This document shows, piece by piece, positions 27,662-36,313 of a stretch of 64,000 nucleotides of DNA. A program made the translations under genes and the position numbers. The stretch spans positions 11,173 to 75,172 of IMG/VR virus record IMGVR_UViG_3300046740_000358. One strand, given 5' to 3'. The stretch is from a virus. The notes below the pieces were generated by a model that saw only the letters and a program-made list of their open reading frames with translations, did not search any database and was not told the origin of the DNA. The number at the start of each line of letters is the position of its first letter. The first letter of the stretch is position 1.

Positions 27662-29011
27662 CTACTGCCGCGCCTCTTCGAGAACCGCTTCCGCCTCGGC
27701 GACCTTGCCCAGCCGGTGCAGCCGGTTGGCCTCGGTGACCGCATCCATGCCGGTGAAGCGCGGGGGCTTCCCGGCCTTCTGCGGCGCGCTGGTCGACGTC
27801 TCGCCGGCGCCGGCGCTGCCACCGCCAGCCAGCGCGGCGTCGCGGGCGCGGACGTCGGCGTCGTTGGCGCTGGCGTCACCCGTTCCGCGGAGGCGCTTGG
27901 CGATCGCGGCCGTCGTCGAGAACGTCGCGGTCACCACCTCGGCAGGAGCCTTGTCGAGCGCCACGGCCCCGAGGCCAGCGGTCACGATCGGCTTCAACTC
28001 TTCATCGTTCGCCATGATGGCCCCCAGCACCTCGAGGCGGATCGCGGGGACCGTCTTCCCCTTGCTGTCGAAGTCCTTCACCAAGATCATCGCGTCGCCG
28101 ACCACGGAGGTTCGTTCGATGGCGGCGAGCTCGACCAGGGCGGGGATGCCGTCCAGTTTCTTCTTGGCCTCGTCCAGCGCCGCGTCGGTCGCGCGCTTGG
28201 CGGCCTCGGCCGTGGACAACTTGCCCTCGGCAGCGTCGGCGCGCTCCTTCTCCATGTTGCGGCTCTTGGTCATGGCGTCGTGGGCCATGTAGCAGTCCTG
28301 CAGGCCGGTCATGTGACGGTCGTAGGCGTCCTGGACGTTGGTGACCTCGTTCTCGGCGACAGTGAACGAGAACCCCGGGACGGTGATGTCTCCGATCTTC
28401 TTGTCCTTCACGGTGATGCGCATGCTGGTCTCCTTGGTTGGCTGGGTCGGGTTGCGGTCCGCGATTCGAAGGGCGGGACCGCCCCGAGCCGCATCAACGA
28501 TCGCTACGTGGTTGCCTGTGATCCCTCGCTGGATGCCGTCGTACGCCTGGCCGTTGAACGTGCCAGGCGTCATGTCGAGGTCGAAGTCGTACCCGCACGA
28601 AAGCTGTACGGTGCCCTCTTTCTCGACGACGTCGATCGCGGTCTGGTCGCGGATCAGCAGCACGGCGGCGGTGGTGTCTCCGGCTGGCCGGACCTCGTGG
28701 ACGTCGCCAGCGGCCACGCGCTTCCACTCTTTCGAGTCCACGCCCTTGGTCGGGTGCGTGACGGTGAGGGTGGCGCGCTCGAAGCTGGCCAGCGTGTCCT
28801 TCGAGAAGACCTCCGCCCGGGGGCGGAAGAGGCGGACCACGCGGTCGGGATCGCCGTCCGTCAGCCCGAGCTCGCGTGCGCGGTACGGCTGCACGTTGTC
28901 GGCCGTCGAGATCAGAGCAGGCGCAGAGAGGAATCCCTCGCGCGTGCGCGTCCGCTGGCTGGCGGTGCCGCGGAGATCCCACGTCGACAGGTCGACGACG
29001 GTGATTTTCAC
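27662..29011 (-). CDS. prohead protease/scaffold (DUF2213)
   Basis: REGFL, RPRAEVFS, TVTHP, QLSCGY and NHVAIVDAARGG, then a coiled-coil scaffold. Confidence 0.9.
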   Translation of the reverse strand: MKITVVDLSTWDLRGTASQRTRTREGFLSAPALISTADNVQPYRARELGLTDGDPDRVVRLFRPRAEVFSKDTLASFERATLTVTHPTKGVDSKEWKRVAAGDVHEVRPAGDTTAAVLLIRDQTAIDVVEKEGTVQLSCGYDFDLDMTPGTFNGQAYDGIQRGITGNHVAIVDAARGGPALRIADRNPTQPTKETSMRITVKDKKIGDITVPGFSFTVAENEVTNVQDAYDRHMTGLQDCYMAHDAMTKSRNMEKERADAAEGKLSTAEAAKRATDAALDEAKKKLDGIPALVELAAIERTSVVGDAMILVKDFDSKGKTVPAIRLEVLGAIMANDEELKPIVTAGLGAVALDKAPAEVVTATFSTTAAIAKRLRGTGDASANDADVRARDAALAGGGSAGAGETSTSAPQKAGKPPRFTGMDAVTEANRLHRLGKVAEAEAVLEEARQ

Positions 29012-29334
29012 GCGGCCCCCTTCGGGACTTCGTTCACGGCGTCTTCGGCGGACCTCTGGATCGCGTCGGCGCGCGGAGAGTTCACGATCGCAGCGCGAAT
29101 GCCCGTCAGCGCCCGGAGGGCACCGCCCGCATCCACCGCTTCGTTGGCCGCCTGTCGGATTTCATCCAATCTCGGGTACGAATGAGCAAAGGAGGACGCC
29201 GCCAGACGCCGAGCGCCCGCAATGATCCCGTCGTACTGCTCGACCTCTATGCCGATCACCTCAAGGAGGCGGCCAGTGCACGGATCGGCAAGCCACTTCT
29301 CCCACTGCGCGGGCGTGATCTTGAACTTGGTCAC
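29008..29334 (-). CDS. hypothetical protein inserted in head module
   Basis: GTG start with GTGA coupling on both sides. Confidence 0.55.
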   Translation of the reverse strand: MTKFKITPAQWEKWLADPCTGRLLEVIGIEVEQYDGIIAGARRLAASSFAHSYPRLDEIRQAANEAVDAGGALRALTGIRAAIVNSPRADAIQRSAEDAVNEVPKGAA

Positions 29335-30236
29335 GCGGCCTCGCCCTCGCCGAACTCGTCCGGCAGATCGCCGAGGTTGATGATCGGGCGCGCGCCGCAG
29401 CGGCAGTTGATGTCCTCGCCCGGGTGGACGTGATCGCCATCGACCAAGGGGCGCGCATCCCACCGGCACCGCTGGCCCTCCATGTCGAGGTGGGACTTGC
29501 GCTCGCGCTGGTCCAGCACGCCGGCCCAGGTGTACTCCTCGATCCCCAGCGACGTCTGGCGGACCTCATTGAAGGCCGCGTTCATCTTCGAGGTCTGGTC
29601 ACGGGCGATCAGGCGAGCCCGGCGCTCGGTGATGTGGCCGATCTCGACGAGATCCTTCGCGAGGTCTTCCCAGCGCTGGCCGTCCACCCAGGCCCGCGTG
29701 ACGGCGTTTCGCACCCGGCCGAGGTAGCGCTCCGGGATCGTGGTGATCAGGTCGGCGGCCGCCTGGGCGGCGTCGCGCATGGCGGGAACGATGGCATGGC
29801 CGATCGCGCTCGAGGGCTTCAGCAACTGCGAGACGTCCACGCGCACCGACTCGAAGATCGCCTTGGTCAGGCGCTCGTCGACGTTCGCCAAGTTCTTCTG
29901 GACCGCCAGCGCCGCGAGGTATTCGGCCTGCGCGCGGGTGTTGCCGATCTGGGCCGCCAGCGCGTCGAGGCGGCGTGTCCCGTGTCCCGGGAGGCTCGAC
30001 CGCGGGCGCGGCGCCGCATCCCATGCGTGGGAGGGCTCCGCGAACATGGCCCGCAGATCGGCGATCGCGGCGGCGCCGGCGACCGTCATCCGCTTGACCA
30101 GTTGCAGGAGTTCCCAGCGCAGCCAGATCTCGCTGGCCATGCTCCTTGAGATCGCCCGCAACCGCCGCTCGCGGTTTCGCAGCCGCGCCACGTGCGGGTG
30201 CGGCAAAACGAAGTGTCGGATCAGGGCGTGAGGCAC
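29331..30236 (-). CDS. head morphogenesis protein (Mu gpF/SPP1 gp7 family)
   Basis: RARLIARDQTSKMN, YTW..DQRERKSH and HPGEDINCRC. Confidence 0.9.
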   Translation of the reverse strand: MPHALIRHFVLPHPHVARLRNRERRLRAISRSMASEIWLRWELLQLVKRMTVAGAAAIADLRAMFAEPSHAWDAAPRPRSSLPGHGTRRLDALAAQIGNTRAQAEYLAALAVQKNLANVDERLTKAIFESVRVDVSQLLKPSSAIGHAIVPAMRDAAQAAADLITTIPERYLGRVRNAVTRAWVDGQRWEDLAKDLVEIGHITERRARLIARDQTSKMNAAFNEVRQTSLGIEEYTWAGVLDQRERKSHLDMEGQRCRWDARPLVDGDHVHPGEDINCRCGARPIINLGDLPDEFGEGEAA

Positions 30237-30246
30237 GGCTCGCGCA

Positions 30247-30276
30247 ATGATAGAGGCACCGTCCGAGGCGCCTCAA
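30247..30276 (-). promoter_or_regulatory. putative late promoter TTGAGG-N18-TATCAT of head-tail operon
   Basis: Same architecture as 49767-49796. Confidence 0.55.
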
Positions 30277-30291
30277 TGCACGGGACGTGCC

Positions 30292-30480
30292 TTATGTACG
30301 TACAACGGGAGGCAAGGCGAACGCTTTCAGGGCGGATTCGATCGCGTCTGTCAGCGTCATCTCCCGCGCGCGCGCTGCCTTTTCGGCCGCTTTTCTGACG
30401 TCGACAGGGATCCAGACGTTCACGCGGACGTAGTTGCCGCCCTTGCTCCGATCGATGGTTTGCCGAGACCGTCGCGCCAC
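30292..30480 (-). CDS. RHH-like DNA-binding protein, leaderless
   Basis: VRVNVWIPVDVRKAAEKAARAREMTLTDAIESAL; TTGACG-N17-TCGGAT-N7-GTG upstream. Confidence 0.65.
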   Translation of the reverse strand: MARRSRQTIDRSKGGNYVRVNVWIPVDVRKAAEKAARAREMTLTDAIESALKAFALPPVVRT

Positions 30481-30516
30481 TCCAAGGATCCGACACCGTT
30501 TTCGCCCCGTCGTCAA

Positions 30517-32170
30517 GGCGGGTTACCATGACGTCCATGGCCACATTCTGGGATCGGGTGTTCCGCCGCCAACCTACAGCCGACGCGAGCTCCCTGGCTC
30601 CCCGGGCCCCCAGTGACGCGATGCTGGCCGCCATCGGGCGCGACAGCGCAGTGGCAGCGACGGCGCCGAGCCGCCCTGGCGTGTGGGACGGGATCCAGAA
30701 CTGGGCCGCCGGCATCGGTGCCGGTCCCGACAAGCGCCTCGGGAATGCGTTCAACCCGATCGCGTTCCTGACCAGGCAGGAGTGCGAGGCGTACTACAAC
30801 GGCGACTGGGTGATGGCCGCCGCGGTGGACAAGCCCGTGGAGGACATGACCAGGAACTGGCCGACCCTCGTGTGGCCGGGCAAGGACAAGGACGAAGCGG
30901 CAACCAGCGCGCTCGCGGACGTAGAGGACGAACTGCAGATCCGCGAGCACGTCGTCGAGGCCATGACCTGGGGGCGACAGTTTGGCGGCGCCGCCCTGAT
31001 CCTCATCATCTCGGGTGAGGATGACTGGTCGCTCCCGATCGGGTACAAGCGCGGCGCCATCGTCGCCCCCGGGACGCAGCCCAACTATGACGCGATCGGC
31101 GTTGGGGATCTCGACCTCGTCTACCCGGTAGACCGCCACCGCCTTGCCCCCACCGGCATGGCCGACAACGCGCGCCGCGATCCCAGGACGGGCAAGTCCA
31201 ACCAGAACTTCGGGCAGCCGCTGGCCTACAGCTTCACGGACGAGGCGGGCATCAGCGAGTACAACGTCCACTGGTCGCGGGTGATCCGCTTCCACGGCAA
31301 GCGCCTGTCCCGATACGACTGGTGGCGGAACGGCCGCTGGCACGCGAGCGTGTTCCAGAAGATTCAGACCGACGTGATGGACTATGCCGCCTCCCGCGCT
31401 TCGACGGCGACGCTGGGCCTCGAGCAGGCGGTGGACATCCTGAACATCCCGGGGCTCGCCGAGAAACTGTCGACGCCCCTGGGCCGCACGCAGGTGATGG
31501 ACCGCATCGCCTTCGGCGCGAACCTCAAGGGGCTCAACCGCGTCTGGCTGCTGGACGGCGGCAACAAGACCGTCAACCGTGACCCCGAGATGTACTCCCA
31601 GAAAAAGGTCGACTACAGCGGGTCGGCAGCGGCGTTGGAAAGTTGGATGTACATCATCAGCGGCGCGACGGGCGTGCCGGTCACGCGGCTATTCGGGCGC
31701 TCCCCGGGCGGGCTGAACAGCACCGGGGACAGCGACATGAAAAACTACCGCGAGCAATGCGCGAACGGGCAACAGACCGACATGCGCCCCGCGCTGCTGC
31801 GCCTGTACGAGGTGGTGATTCGCAGCGCCATCGGCTACATGCCCGACGACCTCAAGATCGTGTTCCCCCCGATCGACGATCCCAGCCGCTCGGAGGCGGC
31901 CGAGATCTTGGCGAAGGAAGCGACGGCCTACAAAGCCTTCGTCGACATGGGGATGCCCCTCGGGATCGTCATGCGGGAGTTGAAGTCGAAGGGAACCTCG
32001 TTCACGACCCTCGAGGACGCCGACGTCTCGGCCGCAGCGGACCTCGACAAGCAGGACGCGGAGCTCGCCAAGGCGGGCGCGAAGGCGCAGGCGGCGGCGT
32101 TCAAGAAGGGCGAGGTACCGGGGGCGCCCGGCAAGACGAGGCCGGCGCCGGCGGAGTAGGGTCACCCGGC
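30517..32170. repeat. imperfect inverted repeats GGCGGGTTACC (30517-30527) / GGTCACCCGGC (32160-32170) abutting portal ATG and TAG
   Basis: 9/11 match, read directly. Confidence 0.6.
30528..32159 (+). CDS. portal protein (DUF1073 family), inverted relative to its operon
   Basis: AVDKPVEDMTRNW, WGRQFGGA, VHWSRVIRF and IPV/VPVTRLFGRSPGGLNSTGDSDMKNY. Confidence 0.92.
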   Translation: MTSMATFWDRVFRRQPTADASSLAPRAPSDAMLAAIGRDSAVAATAPSRPGVWDGIQNWAAGIGAGPDKRLGNAFNPIAFLTRQECEAYYNGDWVMAAAVDKPVEDMTRNWPTLVWPGKDKDEAATSALADVEDELQIREHVVEAMTWGRQFGGAALILIISGEDDWSLPIGYKRGAIVAPGTQPNYDAIGVGDLDLVYPVDRHRLAPTGMADNARRDPRTGKSNQNFGQPLAYSFTDEAGISEYNVHWSRVIRFHGKRLSRYDWWRNGRWHASVFQKIQTDVMDYAASRASTATLGLEQAVDILNIPGLAEKLSTPLGRTQVMDRIAFGANLKGLNRVWLLDGGNKTVNRDPEMYSQKKVDYSGSAAALESWMYIISGATGVPVTRLFGRSPGGLNSTGDSDMKNYREQCANGQQTDMRPALLRLYEVVIRSAIGYMPDDLKIVFPPIDDPSRSEAAEILAKEATAYKAFVDMGMPLGIVMRELKSKGTSFTTLEDADVSAAADLDKQDAELAKAGAKAQAAAFKKGEVPGAPGKTRPAPAE

Positions 32171-33601
32171 GTTCGGTCCGAAGGCGTCGAAGATGGACGA
32201 GGGCCCCTTCGCGATGTTCCAGCCGTTCGACATGGCATCCACCTGGTCGTCGTGGGCGTCGCCAACGCCCGTGAACTTCGAGCACTCGTCCAAGAACTTC
32301 CCCAGCCATTTCGGGGCGTCCTTCAGTTCGAAGGCGGGCACCAGCAGCCGACCGATGTTCCAAGCTGCGGCGGCCGGCTGGGCGCGGGTGAACTTGTCGC
32401 CGATAGGGACCACCTCGACGATCCGCTCGACGCCAAGTTCTCGGAGCATCTGCGGGATCGCCAGGAACGCCCCCACGCACTCTACCCCGATGGGGGTCTG
32501 CCCCCACTCCTCCTGGATGGCCAGCAGGTCACGCACGAACGCTGGGATCGTCTTCTGCTCGCGGTAGACGTAGCGAACGTAACCGATGATGTAGCGGCGG
32601 CCGTCGTCTTCGACGACATCCCGGATCGACATGACCACCACCGCGCTGTAGTCGGCCGATGTCCTTTGGCTGGCAGCGGGGTCGGACATCAGGATGAGAC
32701 GACACCCCTCGAAAGACGTTGTCGCAGGATCGTAGTAGTGCGCCTCTCCGAATACGGATCCGCCGCGTGGGCGGGGGGCGCCCTGGTAAAGGGAGGCGAA
32801 CGCGAACTCTCCGAGATCTTCCTCTCGTTCCTCGAGCTTCTTGAGCGGGTAGAGTTCGGGCCACAGCGCTTCGCCGGGCTGACGGTTGAGTGGATCGTCC
32901 TTCTCGGCGATGGCCGACAAGTTGATCACCTTCCAGCCCTCGCGCTTGGAAAGGCGCCCGATCAGGTCGTCTTCATGCCAGCGGGTGTGGATGACGAACA
33001 CCGACGCGCCCTCGAGCCGGGTCAGCGCCACCGTCTTGAACCAGTCGTCTACTTTCTCACGGAATACCTCGCTGTAGGCGTCAACCGGGCCCTTGAATGG
33101 GTCGTCGACGACCAGCATGCCCTTTATGCGCTGGCCCGTGAGGCCCGATCCGATGCCGCCGGCAAGCAGGCCACCTCCCTGCGTGGTGCGCCACTCGCTC
33201 TTGTTGTCGGTTGACTTCGAGATCTTGATCCCAGCGCGCCCGGCGAGCTCGCGCGCCAGCACGCTTTTCGAATGCGCCTGCTGGGAGTTGTAGGAGAAGT
33301 AACCGTTCGGGTCGGACGGGTGCCGGGACAACCACCAAGCGATCGCGTTCACGAACAGCGTGGTCTTGGCGTGTCCCGGGGGAAGCGAGATCAGGACGCG
33401 GACGGGCTCGAGTTGCGCGCGCTCAAGTTCCGCGATGATGGGGTAGAGGTGCCGCGGCGCCGGGTGGTGCGGGGACATCCGCGCGATGAAGTCGCGAAGC
33501 GACTCCCCGCCGCTCATCCCCTCCAAGCATGTCAGAAGTTCGTTCTGCTCAGACTCAGAGAGGGTCGCCCACTCCTCAGGTGTCAGATCCGGAATGTCCA
33601 T
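32162..33601 (-). CDS. terL: terminase large subunit
   Basis: PPGHAKTT (Walker A variant), LVVDDP (Walker B), TRWHEDDL, YQGAP and HDDQVDA. Confidence 0.95.
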   Translation of the reverse strand: MDIPDLTPEEWATLSESEQNELLTCLEGMSGGESLRDFIARMSPHHPAPRHLYPIIAELERAQLEPVRVLISLPPGHAKTTLFVNAIAWWLSRHPSDPNGYFSYNSQQAHSKSVLARELAGRAGIKISKSTDNKSEWRTTQGGGLLAGGIGSGLTGQRIKGMLVVDDPFKGPVDAYSEVFREKVDDWFKTVALTRLEGASVFVIHTRWHEDDLIGRLSKREGWKVINLSAIAEKDDPLNRQPGEALWPELYPLKKLEEREEDLGEFAFASLYQGAPRPRGGSVFGEAHYYDPATTSFEGCRLILMSDPAASQRTSADYSAVVVMSIRDVVEDDGRRYIIGYVRYVYREQKTIPAFVRDLLAIQEEWGQTPIGVECVGAFLAIPQMLRELGVERIVEVVPIGDKFTRAQPAAAAWNIGRLLVPAFELKDAPKWLGKFLDECSKFTGVGDAHDDQVDAMSNGWNIAKGPSSIFDAFGPNAG

Positions 33602-34040
33602 CCGGCTTCTTTGTTCGAGCCTTGGCCCGTGCGATCAGTTCTGCCGCGCGGTCGCGCTTCTCCGCGGAACTCATCATCTGCACTTGGGCGATGGACAGGG
33701 GCGCTCCGTCCGGGCCAGCGACTTCGATCTTGCGAGGACCCGTGACGTCCATCGTCTCGAAGACCATCTCGATCGACGGCTCGCGGCCGAGGAGAGCGTT
33801 CTTGTACAGCGACGCCATCACGTTCTCGACACGGGGGACCTTGCGCGATCCGCTCTTGTCGGTGATGTCCTGAGCATCTGCAGCGAAGTAGTCCTGGACC
33901 TTTTGGCGCCAGTTCACGCCGGTCTTTCCGAGTGGGTTGAGCACCTGGCCTGGCTTGATGGGCCGTAGATTGGCGATCCGCCGCTCACGGGCCTCCGGCG
34001 TCTCCGTCCTCTTGCGCCGCGTCTTGGGTTGCCGTGCCAT
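33576..34040 (-). CDS. terS: terminase small subunit
   Basis: GGAGG RBS; NLRPIKPGQVLNPLG and KIEVAGPDGAPL; directly upstream of terL. Confidence 0.75.
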   Translation of the reverse strand: MARQPKTRRKRTETPEARERRIANLRPIKPGQVLNPLGKTGVNWRQKVQDYFAADAQDITDKSGSRKVPRVENVMASLYKNALLGREPSIEMVFETMDVTGPRKIEVAGPDGAPLSIAQVQMMSSAEKRDRAAELIARAKARTKKPDGHSGSDT

Positions 34041-34130
34041 CGTTTCGGTGTCTCCTCCCGCCCATGATACCCTGAGACCTTGACACCCCGTCAATCTGAC
34101 CGGGGGAACCTCACGTGAAGGAGCGCAACC

Positions 34131-34241
34131 ATGGCGACGAAGAAGGCGAAGAAGACCGGGGCGAAGGGCAAGAACGGAAAGACGGGCGGCGGCAAGGGCG
34201 GCAAGCGTGCCGCGGGTGGTGGCGGCAAGGGCGGGGGCTAG
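34131..34241 (+). CDS. 36-aa Lys/Gly peptide ending GKGGG (not in ORF track)
   Basis: AAGGAG RBS at 34118-34123; MATKKAKKTGAKGKNGKTGGGKGGKRAAGGGGKGGG*. Confidence 0.75.
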   Translation: MATKKAKKTGAKGKNGKTGGGKGGKRAAGGGGKGGG

Positions 34242-34252
34242 ATAACCCTGGA

Positions 34253-34282
34253 GCCTCCCTCCTTTTGATTCAGGAGGGGGGC
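34253..34282 (+). terminator. hairpin between the two peptide genes
   Basis: GCCTCCCTCCT-loop-AGGAGGGGGGC, 11-bp stem with one G-U pair. Confidence 0.5.
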
Positions 34283-34296
34283 ACCCGAGGCACGCC

Positions 34297-34485
34297 ATGC
34301 CAACGAAATCCGGGATGCCCACGGCTGCTGAAAATAGGGCCGGGAACGAGTTCTTCAGAAAGAACGCGCTGAACAACGCCAAAATGCGCGCGCGGTACGC
34401 GGCCCGGAAGGCAGCAGCCGGAAAAGGCCGGGGCGCCAAGGGCGCGAAGCGCTCTGGCAAGTCCGCAGGCAAGGGTGGGGGCTGA
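34297..34485 (+). CDS. 62-aa basic peptide ending GKGGG
   Basis: GAGG RBS; ...GKGRGAKGAKRSGKSAGKGGG*; stop abuts the next gene's GTG. Confidence 0.75.
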   Translation: MPTKSGMPTAAENRAGNEFFRKNALNNAKMRARYAARKAAAGKGRGAKGAKRSGKSAGKGGG

Positions 34486-35160
34486 GTGAGTCAGCTTTCA
34501 GAATCGCTCGCGGTCCTCACGAGGGGCCGCGAGCTTTCTGATTCTGTCCTGGTCGCCTACTCGGGTGGCAAGGACTCGATGGTCGTGCTCGACATGTGCG
34601 TGAACACCTTCAAGCGCGTCGAGGCGTTCATGATGGAGTTCGTTCCCGGGATGCCCATGAATGACGAGCGCTGCGCCTACGCCAAGTCGCGCTGGGGCGT
34701 CACCGTCCGCCGCGGCTACCCGGATCCCTCGGGCGTCGCCGCCCTCGAGGAGGGCATCTTCTGCGACTACCCAAAGAAGAAAGGGAAGCCGCTCCACTAC
34801 CGTCAGGTCCACGAGCTCGCCCGGCGTGACAGCGGCGTCACCCTGGTAGCCACCGGCCACAAGCGCAGCGATTCCATGGGCAGACGGGCCGAGTTGCTTC
34901 GCGTCGAGAAAGACCCCCTGCGCCTGACCCCCCTCGCCGCCTGGAACAAGGCCGACGTGCTGGGCTACCTGAAGGCCAAGAACATCCCCCTCCCCCGTGA
35001 CGAGGGGCGCAACAGCAACGCGATCGGCCTGGGGGACAAGTTCCTCCTGTGGGCCTACGACCACAGCCGGCCCGACTTCGACCGGATCGCCTCCGTCTTC
35101 CTGTACGCCCCCGCATTGATCTGGCGCCGGACGTTCTACCCCGAGACTGCTGAGGACTGA
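34486..35160 (+). CDS. PP-loop (PAPS-reductase-fold) adenine-nucleotide alpha-hydrolase
   Basis: VAYSGGKDS, TGHKRSDS and PLAAWNKADV; lacks the C-terminal ECGLH of true PAPS reductases. Confidence 0.85.
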   Translation: MSQLSESLAVLTRGRELSDSVLVAYSGGKDSMVVLDMCVNTFKRVEAFMMEFVPGMPMNDERCAYAKSRWGVTVRRGYPDPSGVAALEEGIFCDYPKKKGKPLHYRQVHELARRDSGVTLVATGHKRSDSMGRRAELLRVEKDPLRLTPLAAWNKADVLGYLKAKNIPLPRDEGRNSNAIGLGDKFLLWAYDHSRPDFDRIASVFLYAPALIWRRTFYPETAED

Positions 35161-35165
35161 CCACC

Positions 35166-35916
35166 ATGGCCAAGGCACCGCGCGAGCCGACGACGTCGAA
35201 GGCGCCCAAACCTCCCAAGGCGGCGGAGCCCGTCCCCCACCTCACGAACGAGACCTTCAAGATGGAGGTCGTCCCTCGGACGAAGATCAAGCCAGCTCCG
35301 TACAACCCGCGGTCCATCACCAGCGAGGCCAAGCGCAAGTTGGGGGCTGTGATCGACTCCCTCGGGATGCTGATGCCCTTGGTCTGGAACAAGCGCTCCG
35401 GCAACCTGGTCAGCGGGCACCAGCGGCTCAACAAGCTCGGACAAGACCATGGGGTACCCGTCGAAACAGAAGGACTACACGTTGACGGTGGCGGTGGTCG
35501 ACCTGGACGACGCCCACGAGCGGGCCGCCAACGCCGCGATCAACAACGCGGCCGCGCAGGGCGACTTCGACATGGAGGCGCTCGAGAACATGCTCCGCTT
35601 CCCCGGGGTCTCCGAGAACATCGAGGCCACCGGGTGGGACCAAGCCGACGTGATGCGGCTATTCGGGTCGATGGACACGTCCAGCAGCGACGCGGCCAAG
35701 GAAGCGCAGGCGGCTGCTGACGCTGCCCGAGCGCACGCCGAGAAGTACGACGCCGAGATGCAGGCCGCCCACCAGAAGAGTTCCGACGACTTCTTCATGG
35801 TCGTCATCTTCAAGGACTCGGACGCCCGGACCGCCTTCGCCACGAAGCACGGCCTCGACGACAACCGCTACCAGTCCGCGGCGGCCTTCGAAGCGCTGAT
35901 CGCCGGCGACGACTGA
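35166..35916 (+). pseudogene. ParB/Srx-domain protein interrupted by a 1-nt frameshift at about 35439
   Basis: PAPYNPR..PLVWNKRSGNLVSGHQRL continues as KLDKTMGY..TVAVVDLD..ANAAINN..GDFD if one G is removed (751-1=750 nt). Confidence 0.75.
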
Positions 35917-36068
35917 TCCGGGGCCCACGCCAGCACCGCCGCTCGGATCGCCGCGCTGACCGTCAGGCCGGCCACCGATGCCTTGCGCTTCAGGCCCTCG
36001 AGTTCGGACGGCGACAGCCGCACCCGGACGGGTGGGATCTCGGTCCGCTTGTGGTTGGTCCTGCCCAT
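35868..36068 (-). CDS. MobC/RHH-like DNA-binding protein
   Basis: VRVRLSPSELEGLKRKASVAGLTVSAAIRAAV; GGAGG RBS. Confidence 0.65.
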   Translation of the reverse strand: MGRTNHKRTEIPPVRVRLSPSELEGLKRKASVAGLTVSAAIRAAVLAWAPDQSSPAISASKAAADW

Positions 36069-36091
36069 GTGCCGTTTTCCCGCCTCCCGCT

Positions 36092-36107
36092 TTGTGTGGC
36101 CACACAA
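36092..36107. promoter_or_regulatory. perfect 16-bp palindrome TTGTGTGGCCACACAA, operator candidate in divergent intergenic region
   Basis: Read directly; adjacent to the + strand promoter TTGCGA-N17-CACGTT (36117-36145). Confidence 0.55.
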
Positions 36108-36151
36108 TCTCGCCCCTTGCGAATCCCCGCGATCGGCCCCACGTTCCCCCC

Positions 36152-36313
36152 ATGAACCTCGTAACCGTCTCGGGCCTCGTGATGCTGGTCGGTGGGCTCC
36201 TCTACTTGCTCCCGGGGGCCCCCGCTCCTGAGCGCCTGGGCCGGCTGTCGACCATGGGGCTGGTCATGTTCGGGGTGGGGTTGTTCTCGCTGCTCGTCCG
36301 CGCTTGGCGCTGA
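36152..36313 (+). CDS. 53-aa two-TM membrane protein, leaderless
   Basis: Two hydrophobic helices; ATG lies 6 nt after the -10 box. Confidence 0.6.
   Translation: MNLVTVSGLVMLVGGLLYLLPGAPAPERLGRLSTMGLVMFGVGLFSLLVRAWR

Noticed and set aside
30528-32159. Anti-CBASS Acb1 call for the DUF1073 protein
   Set aside because: No fused 2H-phosphoesterase (HxT) domain is visible; size, motifs and position fit a plain portal.
34061-34094. TTGAC-N5-GTCAA palindrome / terS promoter TTGACG-N19-TATCAT
   Set aside because: Spacing is non-canonical and there is no matching -10 on the + strand; plausible but too weak to call.
33576-34472. 298-aa version of terS
   Set aside because: The N-terminal extension is the antisense of the two GKGGG peptide genes; a GGAGG RBS supports ATG 34040.
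34486-35160. Auxiliary sulfur-assimilation gene cysH
   Set aside because: Lacks the C-terminal ECGLH catalytic Cys motif and Fe-S cysteines; there is no sulfur-pathway context.
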